Of a stretch of DNA of 35,490 bases, positions 1 through 11,145 are shown piece after piece. Where the stretch lies: contig KZ539055.1 of NCBI GenBank assembly GCA_000934665.2, positions 1 to 35,490 of the forward strand, in the 5' to 3' direction. The translations under genes and the position numbers were made by a program. The first letter of the stretch is position 1. Each line of letters starts with the position of its first letter. Origin of the DNA: Catajapyx aquilonaris. Lineage: Eukaryota. The notes under the pieces were generated by a model. The model was given only the letters and a program-made list of their open reading frames with translations, had not been told where the DNA came from and did no database searches.

Positions 1-501
1 CCACTTTTGCCACCAGCATTGAGTAATCACTTATTGGCTCCTCCTGAAAAATTGCAAATTGTGGATTGAACTGGTTTTGCTGGCAAACTCCTCATATCAG
101 AAATATTGTTTGTTCTGTAGCCTACAGCCGGTGAGCATAAAGAGAGGCCGCCATATAGTCTACTTTCCCTTATATGAACTGAAATTTTGAACAATAAATT
201 TCTGGAGCAATATGCAAATGTTCATTTTCGCCCTGTGAACGGACTTTGTTACCGTGTCATCGTCTAACATAAGAGAAACACTGAATTCTTCCTGCTGGCT
301 TAAGTTACCCCATATCGGGGGGTAACTTAAGCTTTTTTTGTTGCTTTTATCATACATCTTGTAGGAAACTTTCATCCATGTATACGTCGACCGTAACTGT
401 AGACCCATGCTTTACAACAATGAGTTAATCTCTAAAGTAAATGCTCTTGAATTGGCAGATGTCTGAAATTGAAAAGTGGCTTAAGTAACCCCGAGTGACG
501 G
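1..501 (-). mobile_element. End of a pogo/Tigger-like (Tc1/mariner superfamily) DNA transposon, running off the window start
   Basis: Minus strand begins TA|CCGTCACTCGGGGTTACTTAAGCC at 503-478. The GGGGTAACTTAAGC motif recurs as an internal palindrome at ~298-332. Decayed frames IRESRLYGGLSYAHRL (~126-173) and FNPQFAIFQEEPISDY (~25-72) weakly resemble HTH_psq/CENP-B N-terminal motifs. The other end is not in the window. Confidence 0.45.
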
Positions 502-502
502 T

Positions 503-915
503 ACTTAAAATGCAGGTCTTGGCAGCAACCCCAGTGCGCTTACAAGACGGGCATGGTACTCCTTCGTCCCTCTGCTGCAACAGGACGGAGAGAGACACAC
601 TCTCCTCTCTCGGCACGATCAGAGAGAGATACCGCCGAGTTTCCTCTGCCCCTTCCCATCTGGCGTAGCAGAAGGAACACTCATAATCATCGTGGCATCG
701 GTGAGTGCCCCAGTCTCTTAGGTGTACAGGCAAATCTTCGAACAGGAATTCGATGAACTCTATAAAGAGTCTTGCTGTTTCTCCCCGTCGAATCCTCTAC
801 CCAGAGCTGTTCTGACCCCGAATGACGACGAGGGTGCGACGATGTCATTAGTCCGTTGTGTTGGATACTCTCCTCTTCGCAGGGGGACGCTGAGAAGGTC
901 GGTGTTGACAATCGG
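503..915 (-). pseudogene. Frameshifted fragment of a USP/peptidase C19 (ubiquitin hydrolase)-like domain
   Basis: Removing an extra TA at 762-761 joins two ORFs into VRTALGRGFDGEKQQDSLEFIEFLFEDLPVHL...YECSFC...RYLSLIVP...SLSVLL...VPCPSCK. This matches the USP QQD-x-x-EF box followed by the two CxxC pairs of the fingers subdomain. Cys and His boxes are absent. Confidence 0.65.
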
Positions 916-924
916 TGTTGTCCG

Positions 925-1450
925 TGTCGTTTGGGATGTTGTCAAAGTTGATCTTGACTGACGAGATGCGGCGGTTATTCTCCATCCTCCAGCCAGACAC
1001 GGTGCCCATTGCGCCGTTCACCAGTCTTTCCTGCACGTCGATGTTGCGTCGCAGCATGACGCGGCATCCAACTCCCAGGATGAGGACAGTCTCGAGGCCG
1101 GCCGTACGCGAGGCGTCCTCTCGCAGACTCTCTAGGTGCTTGCTTCCTCTCTTCCAGCCAGCCTTGTTGCCTGTGAGCTTGTCCTCTGCCTCCAGAAGGA
1201 CAGTATCCAGGCACGACGCACGAAGCATACGGTGGTTGAACTCGTGGCACATGTCGTTGGTTGGGAGGAGGCACACGGGATTCAATCCTTCTGCCTTGCA
1301 CCTGCTGTAGATGCTGACGCATGCTTCGTTGTTGTCTTTGGATGCCAGCGTGGTGCGGACCCTGCTTGCCAAGAGATGGAGGGTTGACTCGGAGACTAGG
1401 CCCACTCGCACCTCGGCCAGAAGATGCTGGTAGACGGCCTGCTTCTTATG
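925..1450 (-). pseudogene. PIF1-family (SF1B) helicase fragment of Helitron/Helentron RepHel type
   Basis: ORF 848-1507 contains YQHLLAEVRVG, CLLPTNDMCHEFN, TAGLETVLILGVGCRVMLRRNIDVQERLVNGAMGTV and VKINFD, typical of the PIF1 motif IV to 2B region. The segment is GC-rich and intronless. Walker A/B and the C-terminal TIHKSQG motif are missing. Confidence 0.85.
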
Positions 1451-1899
1451 AATAACCTCCTGATTCTTGTTATTGTACCGAGTTTTTCGGCTCGACTTAC
1501 CGGACATGAATATGAGATGTTACATGATAGGAAGAAGTCACACGTTCCAATTCGCTAACTCAATTCGTAATGTCTGTTGAGGTTTTTTTTTTTAATGCTG
1601 ATAATCGCAACGTATCTATAGCAATCAGTTGTGTCAGTTCTAATAGAAACGAAATGGTGTGGGTTACGCGAGGTATTTGTTGATATGAGTTGCATGGCAA
1701 TTAGAAAAGTAAAATAAATATAAAATAAAACTGCCAAATAATTAAATGGAATTTGGTTTTTTTTGCACAATTATAAGACGTAAATGTACATAAATTGTAG
1801 AGTAGACAATTGAACAGAACATATTATTAGATATACTGAAAATTACTCAAGCGTTTATTCCCCAAACACGCATTGCTACTCATTAGTAAGAAATGTGTA

Positions 1900-2117
1900 T
1901 TTAATTTTCAAATTGGCTGTGAGATGAAATAGGCTAATTTGCATAGAGGTTAGGGGGATAAGTTGGTGCAGTACGGAGGTATGTTCAAAACTTGAAGTCT
2001 CTGTGTGCAAGGATAAGGCCTGTAGAGCTCGGCACAAAATCGTCCCAACGAGGCGGAAAAATTTATTGTTGGAAAACTACGTGACGATCTTACTTATAGG
2101 GACTACCGTCCCTACAA
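1900..2117 (-). mobile_element. Probable 5' terminal region of a Helentron/HINE (DINE-1-like) element
   Basis: Terminal hairpin TAGGGAC-GGTA-GTCCCTA (2097-2114) followed by a DINE-like core (AGAGACTTCAAGTTTTG). Same strand as, and upstream of, the helicase fragment. Left boundary is approximate. Confidence 0.4.
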
Positions 2118-4666
2118 TGAGACTCTGCATTTAAAACTGGAAAAGTCGAGTGCTACATGCCTGCATAATGGGTTTTATAATACCACACTCCGCTTTTGGG
2201 GACTGACCACAAGATTTTCAAAAACTTTTTCCCAGTGAAATGAGGGCACCTGAAACACATTGAAATACGACTCCTACTATTATTTAATCCTGCAGTTTAC
2301 ACAAAATTCACGTGTAAATCTCGTCGCCAGATTTGGTTACCAGCAAGTAGGATAAATTCCGTTACTTGCCGTTAAAGGTCGTAACTTTATAGGCCATCAT
2401 GCCGTGAGTTGTCAAAAATTTAAAAACCGAAACAAGACAACTGGATGCATCTTTCGACTCAATTTCCCTGCCCACAATTTTCGGGAGAAAATCTACAACT
2501 CTGTAATCCGTCCACATTTTTGTCCTAAGCAGCCCAGGTTTTCAAATATAACTTTCTCCAGTATCATTCAGCAGTTTCAGATCATATCTTTCTCAGCCTC
2601 TCCTCACATAAGCGCATAACAATACAAAAAAAATCAGAGGGGAAAGAAGGAGAGAGAAAAAAAAACTAGAGGACGGAAAAGAGCCATCAGAGAAGAGGCT
2701 CGCTCTTTTATTGCGACACTCTTCCCATCTCGACATTAATGGCTGTTCTCTCTCCTGGCATAGCTTGCAAGAGATCAGAGTCGTGGAAGGGGAAGGGGGG
2801 TAGGAGATGAAGCGGTGTTTGTTGCACCAGCTGCAAACCTCTTTTTTCTCGGCTCCACTTTCATCATCCAAACTAAGACATCTCTTACTAACGTTGCTGA
2901 ACTCATCCAGTTTTCCGCCTATACACAGCCACCCCTATACCCTCCTCTGTTGAAAAAAAAATAAAGAATGAAGTTGACAAATGTCCTAATACTCAACACG
3001 CACAGTATTAGCCAAATCGAGAAGATACCGTTTATTTTACTTCAACAGTATACATAACTCGGCTACGTGAGGTCTACTAAGTAAATTTCATTAAGAATTT
3101 GAATTCAATGTACAGCTTTGGAAACTAATGTCTGAACATCTGATGTGCAATAAATCCATCCCGGCAGTTGTGAGCTCTTAAGTGTGGGTACCGGTCACCA
3201 TGTACTTCTCTAACTGACTGAAAAGAAGAGAGAATTTTTTAAAAATTAACATCATACGTCCATGCACACCCAATGTGTGTGTGTATTAACAGTAGCAGCC
3301 AATGTAAATATGTATGTGTTATTGTACTGTACACGCATGCATATCCTACGAAAACTACAGGCTTATTTTTACGCTCATAGGCATGCCCACTGTGTTTCGA
3401 CTAGCGCTACCCTAGATCATTTGCACAGCATGCCATTATTATAATCAAGCAGTTCCAGTGTATAGCCTACGCTTTTAACACAGGAACGGTTACGTTTTTA
3501 AAAAGGTCATTCCGAAACTTTCGCAGGAACGCCCTATAATTTTAACAGACTGACATCGCAAATGAACTCAACTGGGCACTGAAACCGATAATAATTGGTT
3601 CCCTTACGCCAATCAATGCACTTGAACCTTTCCAACCCCGGGCAATTCAACACCCGATCGACCTAAAATTATAGAGAATAGCCCTTATCCCTACACCGCT
3701 GTACTGTAGTAAAACGGGGCAAATACGCCCGACATAACTCGACAAAACAAATTCTAACATTCCTGATCTATGAGGCATTTCTCCGAAACATTTTTTACAT
3801 AATTATACCACATACACACTACTAAAAAATTGCTTGGCATTTTTGTCACTCACTTTTTACACAACGTCCTATTGACCATAAGGAGCCCTTGCAAACTCAC
3901 TTACAAACTTGATTAAAATCTCCGGTTAACCTCCCGCTCGATCTGTCCTGGTTATCAACCTTTCCACCCAACTTCCTCAACGGCACATGTTTCCTTTCCC
4001 CGTAACTCCCAATTCACGGGCCCATTCATTATCGCGAAAAACTCCGCTCTCCTACAGAATGTGTCATCCTTGTGGCCCCCACACTCTGCCACGCTTACAA
4101 CAAACTTTCTTTTTTTTAAAAAAAAAAGACGCCCTTACATTACTCCAACCCCCCCCCCCACCCTTTTTTTTGCAGAAAAAAAACACACACACAAAAAAAA
4201 ACTTGCCTAAAGTACGACATGGATATAAGACTAGGGGGTCCCCCGCCCTCAGTCCCTTGGATGCTTGGAATATATTTATATAAAAATGCATTCCTGTCTT
4301 GAAAAGCAGCGAACGTGACGCGAAATTAGACCCGGGCTTGCGCTTTCAAAGCTCGTTTTTTGTAAGCGATACATATTTCACTAGCACTGCCTCTGATGAC
4401 GCCGATACTACAGGCGGCATCCTCCACTCTCCCACCCAACCATCGGCAAGCAAAAAAAAATTTACACCACCCCCTCATTGTCTGCCTGTACAATCTGACA
4501 TGCGAAAATCCTTTCATCTCTAACTCCAACGGTTCACAAAGTGACTTTTTTTTTGCGCAAAGCAATAATTAGCCCTGCTAATGGTACATGCTGCTGATGA
4601 GAACTCGACATTTCGCCAATCACTGGTGCAACTTACACCAATCTCACACTGGGTTGATCCTCCTTA

Positions 4667-5085
4667 GACTGTATTCCAATTGAATGGTTCGCTATTTGTG
4701 GCAGCAGTTACTTTCGAACCCTGCTATTTTAGATATAATGAAAATATTACTCGCTAATATTAGGTTGAATATATTCTCACTAAAGCACTTAGGATGGGAT
4801 CCGCGGTCTTATACAGGTCTGGTAACTTATGGCATTTCCTTATCAACTTTCACCCGTATGGAGGGGATTGCCGCTTCGGCGCTGGTGTAGTTGCCAACTA
4901 CACCAGCGCCGAAGCGGCAACCGCCCTCTCTATGGGGCGAGCCACGTACGCTCACGGCAGTCTCCATTAGGCTGGTGTATGAGTTACAGGGGGCTGATGA
5001 GATTCATTCAACCTAATATTAGCAGTCTCCATTAATAAGCAGCTTATTGCCAAAAATCGATAACCACTTCAGTTGGAACACACCG
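4667..5085. mobile_element. Palindromic Tc1/mariner-type MITE
   Basis: TA on both sides; degenerate TIR (GACTGTATTCCAATTGAA versus reverse complement CGGTGTGTTCCAACTGAA). Inner IR GCTAATATTAGGTTGAAT/ATTCAACCTAATATTAGC and a perfect central 26-bp stem at 4868-4920. Confidence 0.65.
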
Positions 5086-6453
5086 TATTTTTTTAAACAG
5101 TAAAATTCTCACTGACCTCTACGACCATATATGTCGCCATTTTTCTTCTCATTTACTTCAGCTGGTCCAAATAGGGCGTGTTCTGCAGGTTGCCCACCGC
5201 TCCCATGGACATCTTCCCGGCCGCCAACTTCTGAACAGCCTGTAACAATGCCAGAGAAAAGACGGTTTAAAGGTCATCCCGTGTGCAAGTGTCCTCATGG
5301 GATCGGATAATGTGCGGAAGGAGATTAGTGCGGACAAGCGCCAAGTACACGGATCGTTAGTCTACTGGAGGAACAGGGGGTTTGGGAGGTTGCAGATTTT
5401 CCCCTTGTTTGTTTGGGAGTTAGTTTACCCTCGGAAAATGGGGAGGACAGTGGAGGGGTCAATCTCTACCCAGTTTAGTGTCCAAGGACGCAGGTAGGCG
5501 GCAGCCATGGGGGTTAAGTGGACATCCTCCTCCCACCCCACCCCCCATACATTATTACGCTTCCACCACAGACGCAGCAAAAGCATCGGTAATTGTCACC
5601 CTGCATTACTGGATAAGCGGGCCCCGGTGCCGGCAGGCTAATGGATAACCATAAGTGGCCAACCGACTCGTTACCCACCCAACTCCCCGGACGCATCTAC
5701 GCAGTGTGGAAAATGGTGGGCCGGATATTTCAAAGTGGACCTATGTGCCAATCCCACGCGGCTCTGTGGAACGATTTTTTTTAATGGCCTGCATATTATG
5801 GGCACTTGGTCAGCGAATATGCTCAGGTTTACATGCATCATTTCTATGGATAAATTATATGAGACAATGAGTTCTGATATCAAGATTTATTATATCAAAA
5901 ATCGTAAATCAAAAAAATGTCATCACAACGACGTCACTCAACATACCTACATGCCCGCCAGTAAATGAACCATACTCGACACGGAAGAACAATCCTCAAA
6001 CATCCCTCTGTTTACCGACGCCTATTAATGCAACATGACATGAGCAGCAAGGGGCACTCCTATTACGTGATTAACCACCATAACCCAGTGTGGTTAGGAC
6101 TAAATATGAAATGAGAAAGTAGCTGCCAGCTACCCTGGAAAAAAAAACCTCCGTCGGGGGGGGNNNNNNNNNNNGTGTCTGAAGGAAACCCAGGCGAAAT
6201 CTTCGCGGTCAATGAAACTTTCTTGAGAGTCGGTGTAAAAAGAAAAGAGGGGAGAAAGGCGGTTGAGTAGAACACGCGACACCCTCGTTAAATAACCCTC
6301 CCTAGGTGCTAAAGCCTAAAGCCCCCCTCCAATCTGAGACTTGGGCCGTTACATTGCCCCCTACTTCCTCTTGTACACATGCGACCAAGAAAGAACTCCT
6401 TTGCAAACATGGCTACCGCGCAGAAAATCGATCTTAAATATTGTTGCAAATTC

Positions 6454-6756
6454 ACCGAAGCAGTTTGGAGGAGGGTATATGGTGTCCGACTGCTAATTGG
6501 GAGGTCCTGGGATCAAATCCCGGGGCCGGCAACTCTGACCGTGGTTTTCTGTGGTTTCCCACGGTCCTTCCAGGAAAATTCCGGAGTTGCTTCCGTAATA
6601 TTATTAATAGGCCACAGCCGCTTCCTTCCGTCCCTATCCTATCCCAAAGAGCGCAAGTAAAATGAAAAACCAAAGAGTTCCAGGAAAAACAAATTTCCCC
6701 CCTAAAGAGCCGATGGCTGATAACGGGGTATGAATTATTATTTTTTATTATTATTT
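6454..6756 (+). mobile_element. Full-length tRNA-derived SINE (family A)
   Basis: 16-bp TSD ATATTGTTGCAAATTC at 6438-6453 and 6757-6772. B-box-like GGGATCAAATCCC; body GGTTTTCTGTGGTTTCCC...CCAGG...GGCCACAGCCGCTTCCTTCC resembles insect SINEs; (TTA)n-like tail. Confidence 0.85.
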
Positions 6757-9324
6757 ATATTGTTGCAAATTCCACCCAGCACAATTTGCACCCCACTAAT
6801 GTAAAAAAAACTGCTGCTAAATTCTTCCCCCACGAATCCGAGAATCGAACTCCGAACTTACGAGGTGGTATGGCTATCATGCCGCATTTTTCATCATTGC
6901 ACTGTGACACCCCCCGCATCCACAAGATGGTGTTAGTTGTGAGTTGGCAGTTTTGCCAAGAGATGGCGTGGTTGCGGCGGGTGTCGGTGGGCGGACCAGG
7001 GGCAGGCTTGCAGTTATCAGTCGTGAGACAGCCGGATACGAGGCTAGAGTAATACTGTAGGTTGTTGGCAAGCTATGTATTATTGGACCATAACCCTGAA
7101 CGACAGTGGGGTAAGATGAACTAGGGAGGTGAGATCTCCCAGACTGACCAGCACGTACCAAAATGGTCGCCACGCACATTGATGATGAATTTAAGCCAAA
7201 TTTGGCCGCACACACTTTCCCACATTATGAATAGATGCCGAGCCATTACTCGGTTGTTTAATTTCCGCCCCATTACCTGAACTCCCGAGTCCGTTTCCGC
7301 CCCGGGCTGTAAATCCCCCTACACACACCCACACACACAACAACACCCCCCCCCCCCCTCCCCCCACCAAAAAAGTGAGTACAAAGTGAAACTTTGATTA
7401 AAGAAGTAACAAGGGCCTTTCATGGCTACCTTAGTGATACCGGGTAGGTAATTAATACCCTGGCAGCCTTCCCACTACTTGCTAAGCGCTTAATAGCGTT
7501 AAATGCAACAATGCCGCCAAGCATCCAAGAGTACTTCAATTTAACGCCCTTTTACTAGATTATGAAACCGCATTCCTTCTCCCCCGGCGAAACTGCGCAA
7601 ACCTGCACTTGCCGCCTCTTATTTGCCCTGTGTCAATCCTTGCTTTCATTCAAATCCGGGCCTAATTACAAATATTTACTCGTCGCTTTCGGGAACTGGG
7701 TGTCTTTTATGGGGCCCAAACGCGTAGTTTCACTCACTGTCAAACTCCGATGTTCAAATTGCTGACGCGCATTTCGACCCACACAACAGTATTACTTCGT
7801 GAAAATTGTATGGACCAGAGTCGACTCATCTTCTCCATAACTCGTCCATAAAATATCGGCCAGTTAATGGCAAGCCCCAGAGTGAGTAAAGCCTAACTAA
7901 CAAGTGCAACATTGTGGGAGGCAAAAGGCGCGTCTGAGCCAGCGCGCAAATGTCGGTCAAACTTTTGGCNNNNNNNNGGGGCTTAGGTTCAGTATAGCAA
8001 ATGACTTTCACAAATATCTTTTTCCAGCGGCAGACGAGTTTTCAAACGGGTCTAATTTTTCAACTTCGTCTCCCACGAGAATTATTAATAACTTGTTGAC
8101 AATTTCCTTTTCTTCCCATAGGATTCAGCCAGTGGAAATGGGGAGCCACCAGAATTCACACAAAAAAGTCATACGCCAAATCTAGCGTTACAGCGTGTGG
8201 GCCCGACTACTCCACAAAATTAATATACCGCCATAATTATTTTGAACTATTAAAATTTAATATTACTATAGTAATGAAGTTTATAATCCTATTACGAAAA
8301 TAGTGCCCATTAGCAAAATTGCCCGCTATCAAATTAAGTCACCCAATGTGTGTACAAAATTATTCCAACATACCTTCATTATTCGGAAGAGGTTATGGGT
8401 CTGCAAAATGAAGCTTTATCCCACTCAGAGGGTGGGGGTGGGGGGAGAGTATAAGTCACTCCTGATCTTTCAAAGCGATTCCAGCAGTTATTCGAGGTAA
8501 TTCCAGGGAAATGGTGTTCGTGTGAAAAATTCGACAGACCCTATAAGAGTGCATTCCTTTCCCACCAATCATTCAGAAAGTTTTGGAATCTCAAACTCTG
8601 CGTCTCATTATATGGTTAGGGGCGAGAGGGAGAAAGGGGGGAAGGCAAAGGAGTCACACAGAGAGAGAGAAAAAAAATCGGGTCCATCTATATCCGGGGC
8701 ATGACATATATTAATTCGCGAAAGGATCTTAAATTTTCCCAAGTATGAATTCTTCTGAGCGTGCCATTCGCGTTGTACCTACTGGAATTAAATACCAGCC
8801 AAGACATCGCCAGCTGAAGTTATCGCGTTTGGGTTGGCGTATGGGGTGGGATTAAGAAAAGCCGGTGGGTGGGAGCTGACCTATTATGAGACGTGTCATA
8901 ATTAGACAATTAGAAAGATCGGCAATGAAAGCATCACAATGACAAGTATGCCGATAAGTATCAAACTGGCATCGGCTCATTAATATTGGAATATTGTAAT
9001 TAACCTACATCAGTCACGAAAAGTCAATTCACTGTTAAGACTCATTACCTTGTGAAAAGTCCCTTCCCCTTTGCATGCAAATGTAGCAGCACACCTACAG
9101 TACCTCAGCAACTGACAAAGGGGGCGATCACAACTTGACTTTCCGACATTGACATGGAACTGACGTGATATGTAAATGAGGAAAAAAAAACTTGTTCCTG
9201 AAGTTCCCAGTTGACACCTACGCATCCTTTTTCGATCGTATATCGAAAAGAAACATATCTGTATTTCCGGCGACAGGAACAAGTCCGATGGGAAGTAGAA
9301 AAGTTCGAATCAATGTGGACGGAC

Positions 9325-9435
9325 CAGGGATGGAAAAAGTACCGCTTCCTTCCAAGAAGCGCTTCTTTTTTCCATGTGCAGGGATAGAAAAAGAACCGCT
9401 TACCGCCCAAAGAAGCGGTTCTTTTTCCATCCCTG
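9325..9435. mobile_element. 111-bp hAT-type MITE
   Basis: Perfect 8-bp TSD GGACGGAC (9317-9324, 9436-9443) and TIR CAGGGATGGAAAAAG/CTTTTTCCATCCCTG with an Ac-like CAGGGATG terminus. Confidence 0.85.
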
Positions 9436-11145
9436 GGACGGACTTCACACTGACGTCTGTTTCCCTCCGGACATGCACTTGCGGACGGAAAATTGAGATA
9501 TTCTATCTAAAAATAATTTTTTAAAAAAGGCTGCGTGATATCAAAGAGATCCCTTATACCGCTTCAGGGTAGTTTGAATACGGTGCCCAAAAATGTTTTT
9601 GTAGTTCCTGAGCTGTGCACGAATGATTTCTCCTTCGTGTGCGTCATACTCGAAGGTGGCCAACATATTTCCACGTCACTAAAAGTGGGTGAGTCAACTC
9701 AAGAATAAATGTTTAGTGCCGCGCCAAAGGACCCAATCGGGACGAGTCATTAAGCCGGACGAATCCCAATCAGCCATGTTTGTCATCTCGTACACTATCA
9801 ACACGCCTGGCGTACAAAAGGGCCAAAATGACGCGAATTGAATCATAACGCACGTACAGATAAGAATTTTTCTGTTACTTTGTTTGTTTTTTCCAGCAGA
9901 ACTGGTCAAGGGGGGGGNGGGGGGGGGGAAATATATCAGGAAATGACCGCTTCCTTCCGACCTTTTCAGAAGATGGCGATATAGCTTCTGTAATCAATTT
10001 CTGGCTTCTCCCTTGGACCATTCCTTCCATTTCTCTTACTTAACGCTGATAGTGAAAAATGGAAGCATTGGAAGCGTATAGGATATTTTGGTCTCTAAGT
10101 TTCGAAATACTATCCACTGCAATGATCACGTCATAAAGGTTACGCAGTAAATCAGGACTGGAAATTAAATGAAAGTGAAGTAACGCTATGTCACATATGC
10201 GATTGGTGGTTAAGCCATGCGTTTCAGAGAGGTTCAAAAGAGACAAGTGACACCCGTATTTCGCAGGGATACTGGAATGCGGGGGGCCTAGATTCAAGGG
10301 ATTATGTATGGTTGGTCACACTCATGTCAGGGGCACATGCCGGTGGCTAACAACAAACTACTGGAAAGTCCTCTAGTCCTGACAAGTACTTGTAATTTCT
10401 GTTTCACATGCAACTTGACATGACCAGCGATCAAAGTAAACAGAAAAGCTGGTGAAGGTCAAACATGTCCCCTGTGCAGAGCGATAGCATAACGCGCACT
10501 CGCACCATTATTACTCTTAGCAATTTAAAACAGTATTAGCTGCTAAATTTTGGGGTGATCGGGCCATCATATCTCCTATCCAATTTTCCCTACTGTTGAT
10601 GAGTAATTTGTCCCATTCGACCGCTTGTAAAGGGGTCCATTTACATGTTATTTTTGCTAGTCAAGTATTAGTACTGATTTTGCGAGGTTATGAAACTAAA
10701 CTTGGACAGCGCGGTGCTTATTATTGCCCAAATCGCACATATTTACACAATATTAGTTCCAATGTTATGTTCATGATGATAGTAACAATTCGCCAGTTCA
10801 CTTCAGTTCCATTAGATTTGGTTGGACGATTAAAACATACAATGGCATCAGCGGCATGTGCCACTTGAAATAAGCGCCGCTCGCAATTCAATCTCAAGTG
10901 AGATTCTTCACCTTCAAGGCTTTATGTTCTTGCCCTCGTCACGAATCGGAATGGCTATTTATGGGACGTCAATGACAAGCAAAACGTTAATCATATGCCA
11001 CTTACACAACTTGCCGCATTTTTTATATAACTTACACCCCAGGAAGTTTCCCAACTTTCAAGTTGTTCTCTCCTGCAATAAGAATGCCTAGTTATGACTA
11101 CGTACATACGACTCAGCCCACGGACACTCCCCCTATATAATCAGT

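Noticed and set aside
1451..1507. N-terminal MSGKSSRKTRY... of the 219-aa ORF as the start of an intact PIF1 gene
   Set aside because: This part lies in AT-richer flank with no helicase similarity, and the ORF lacks Walker A/B and motifs V-VI. It is a fragment, not a host PIF1 gene.
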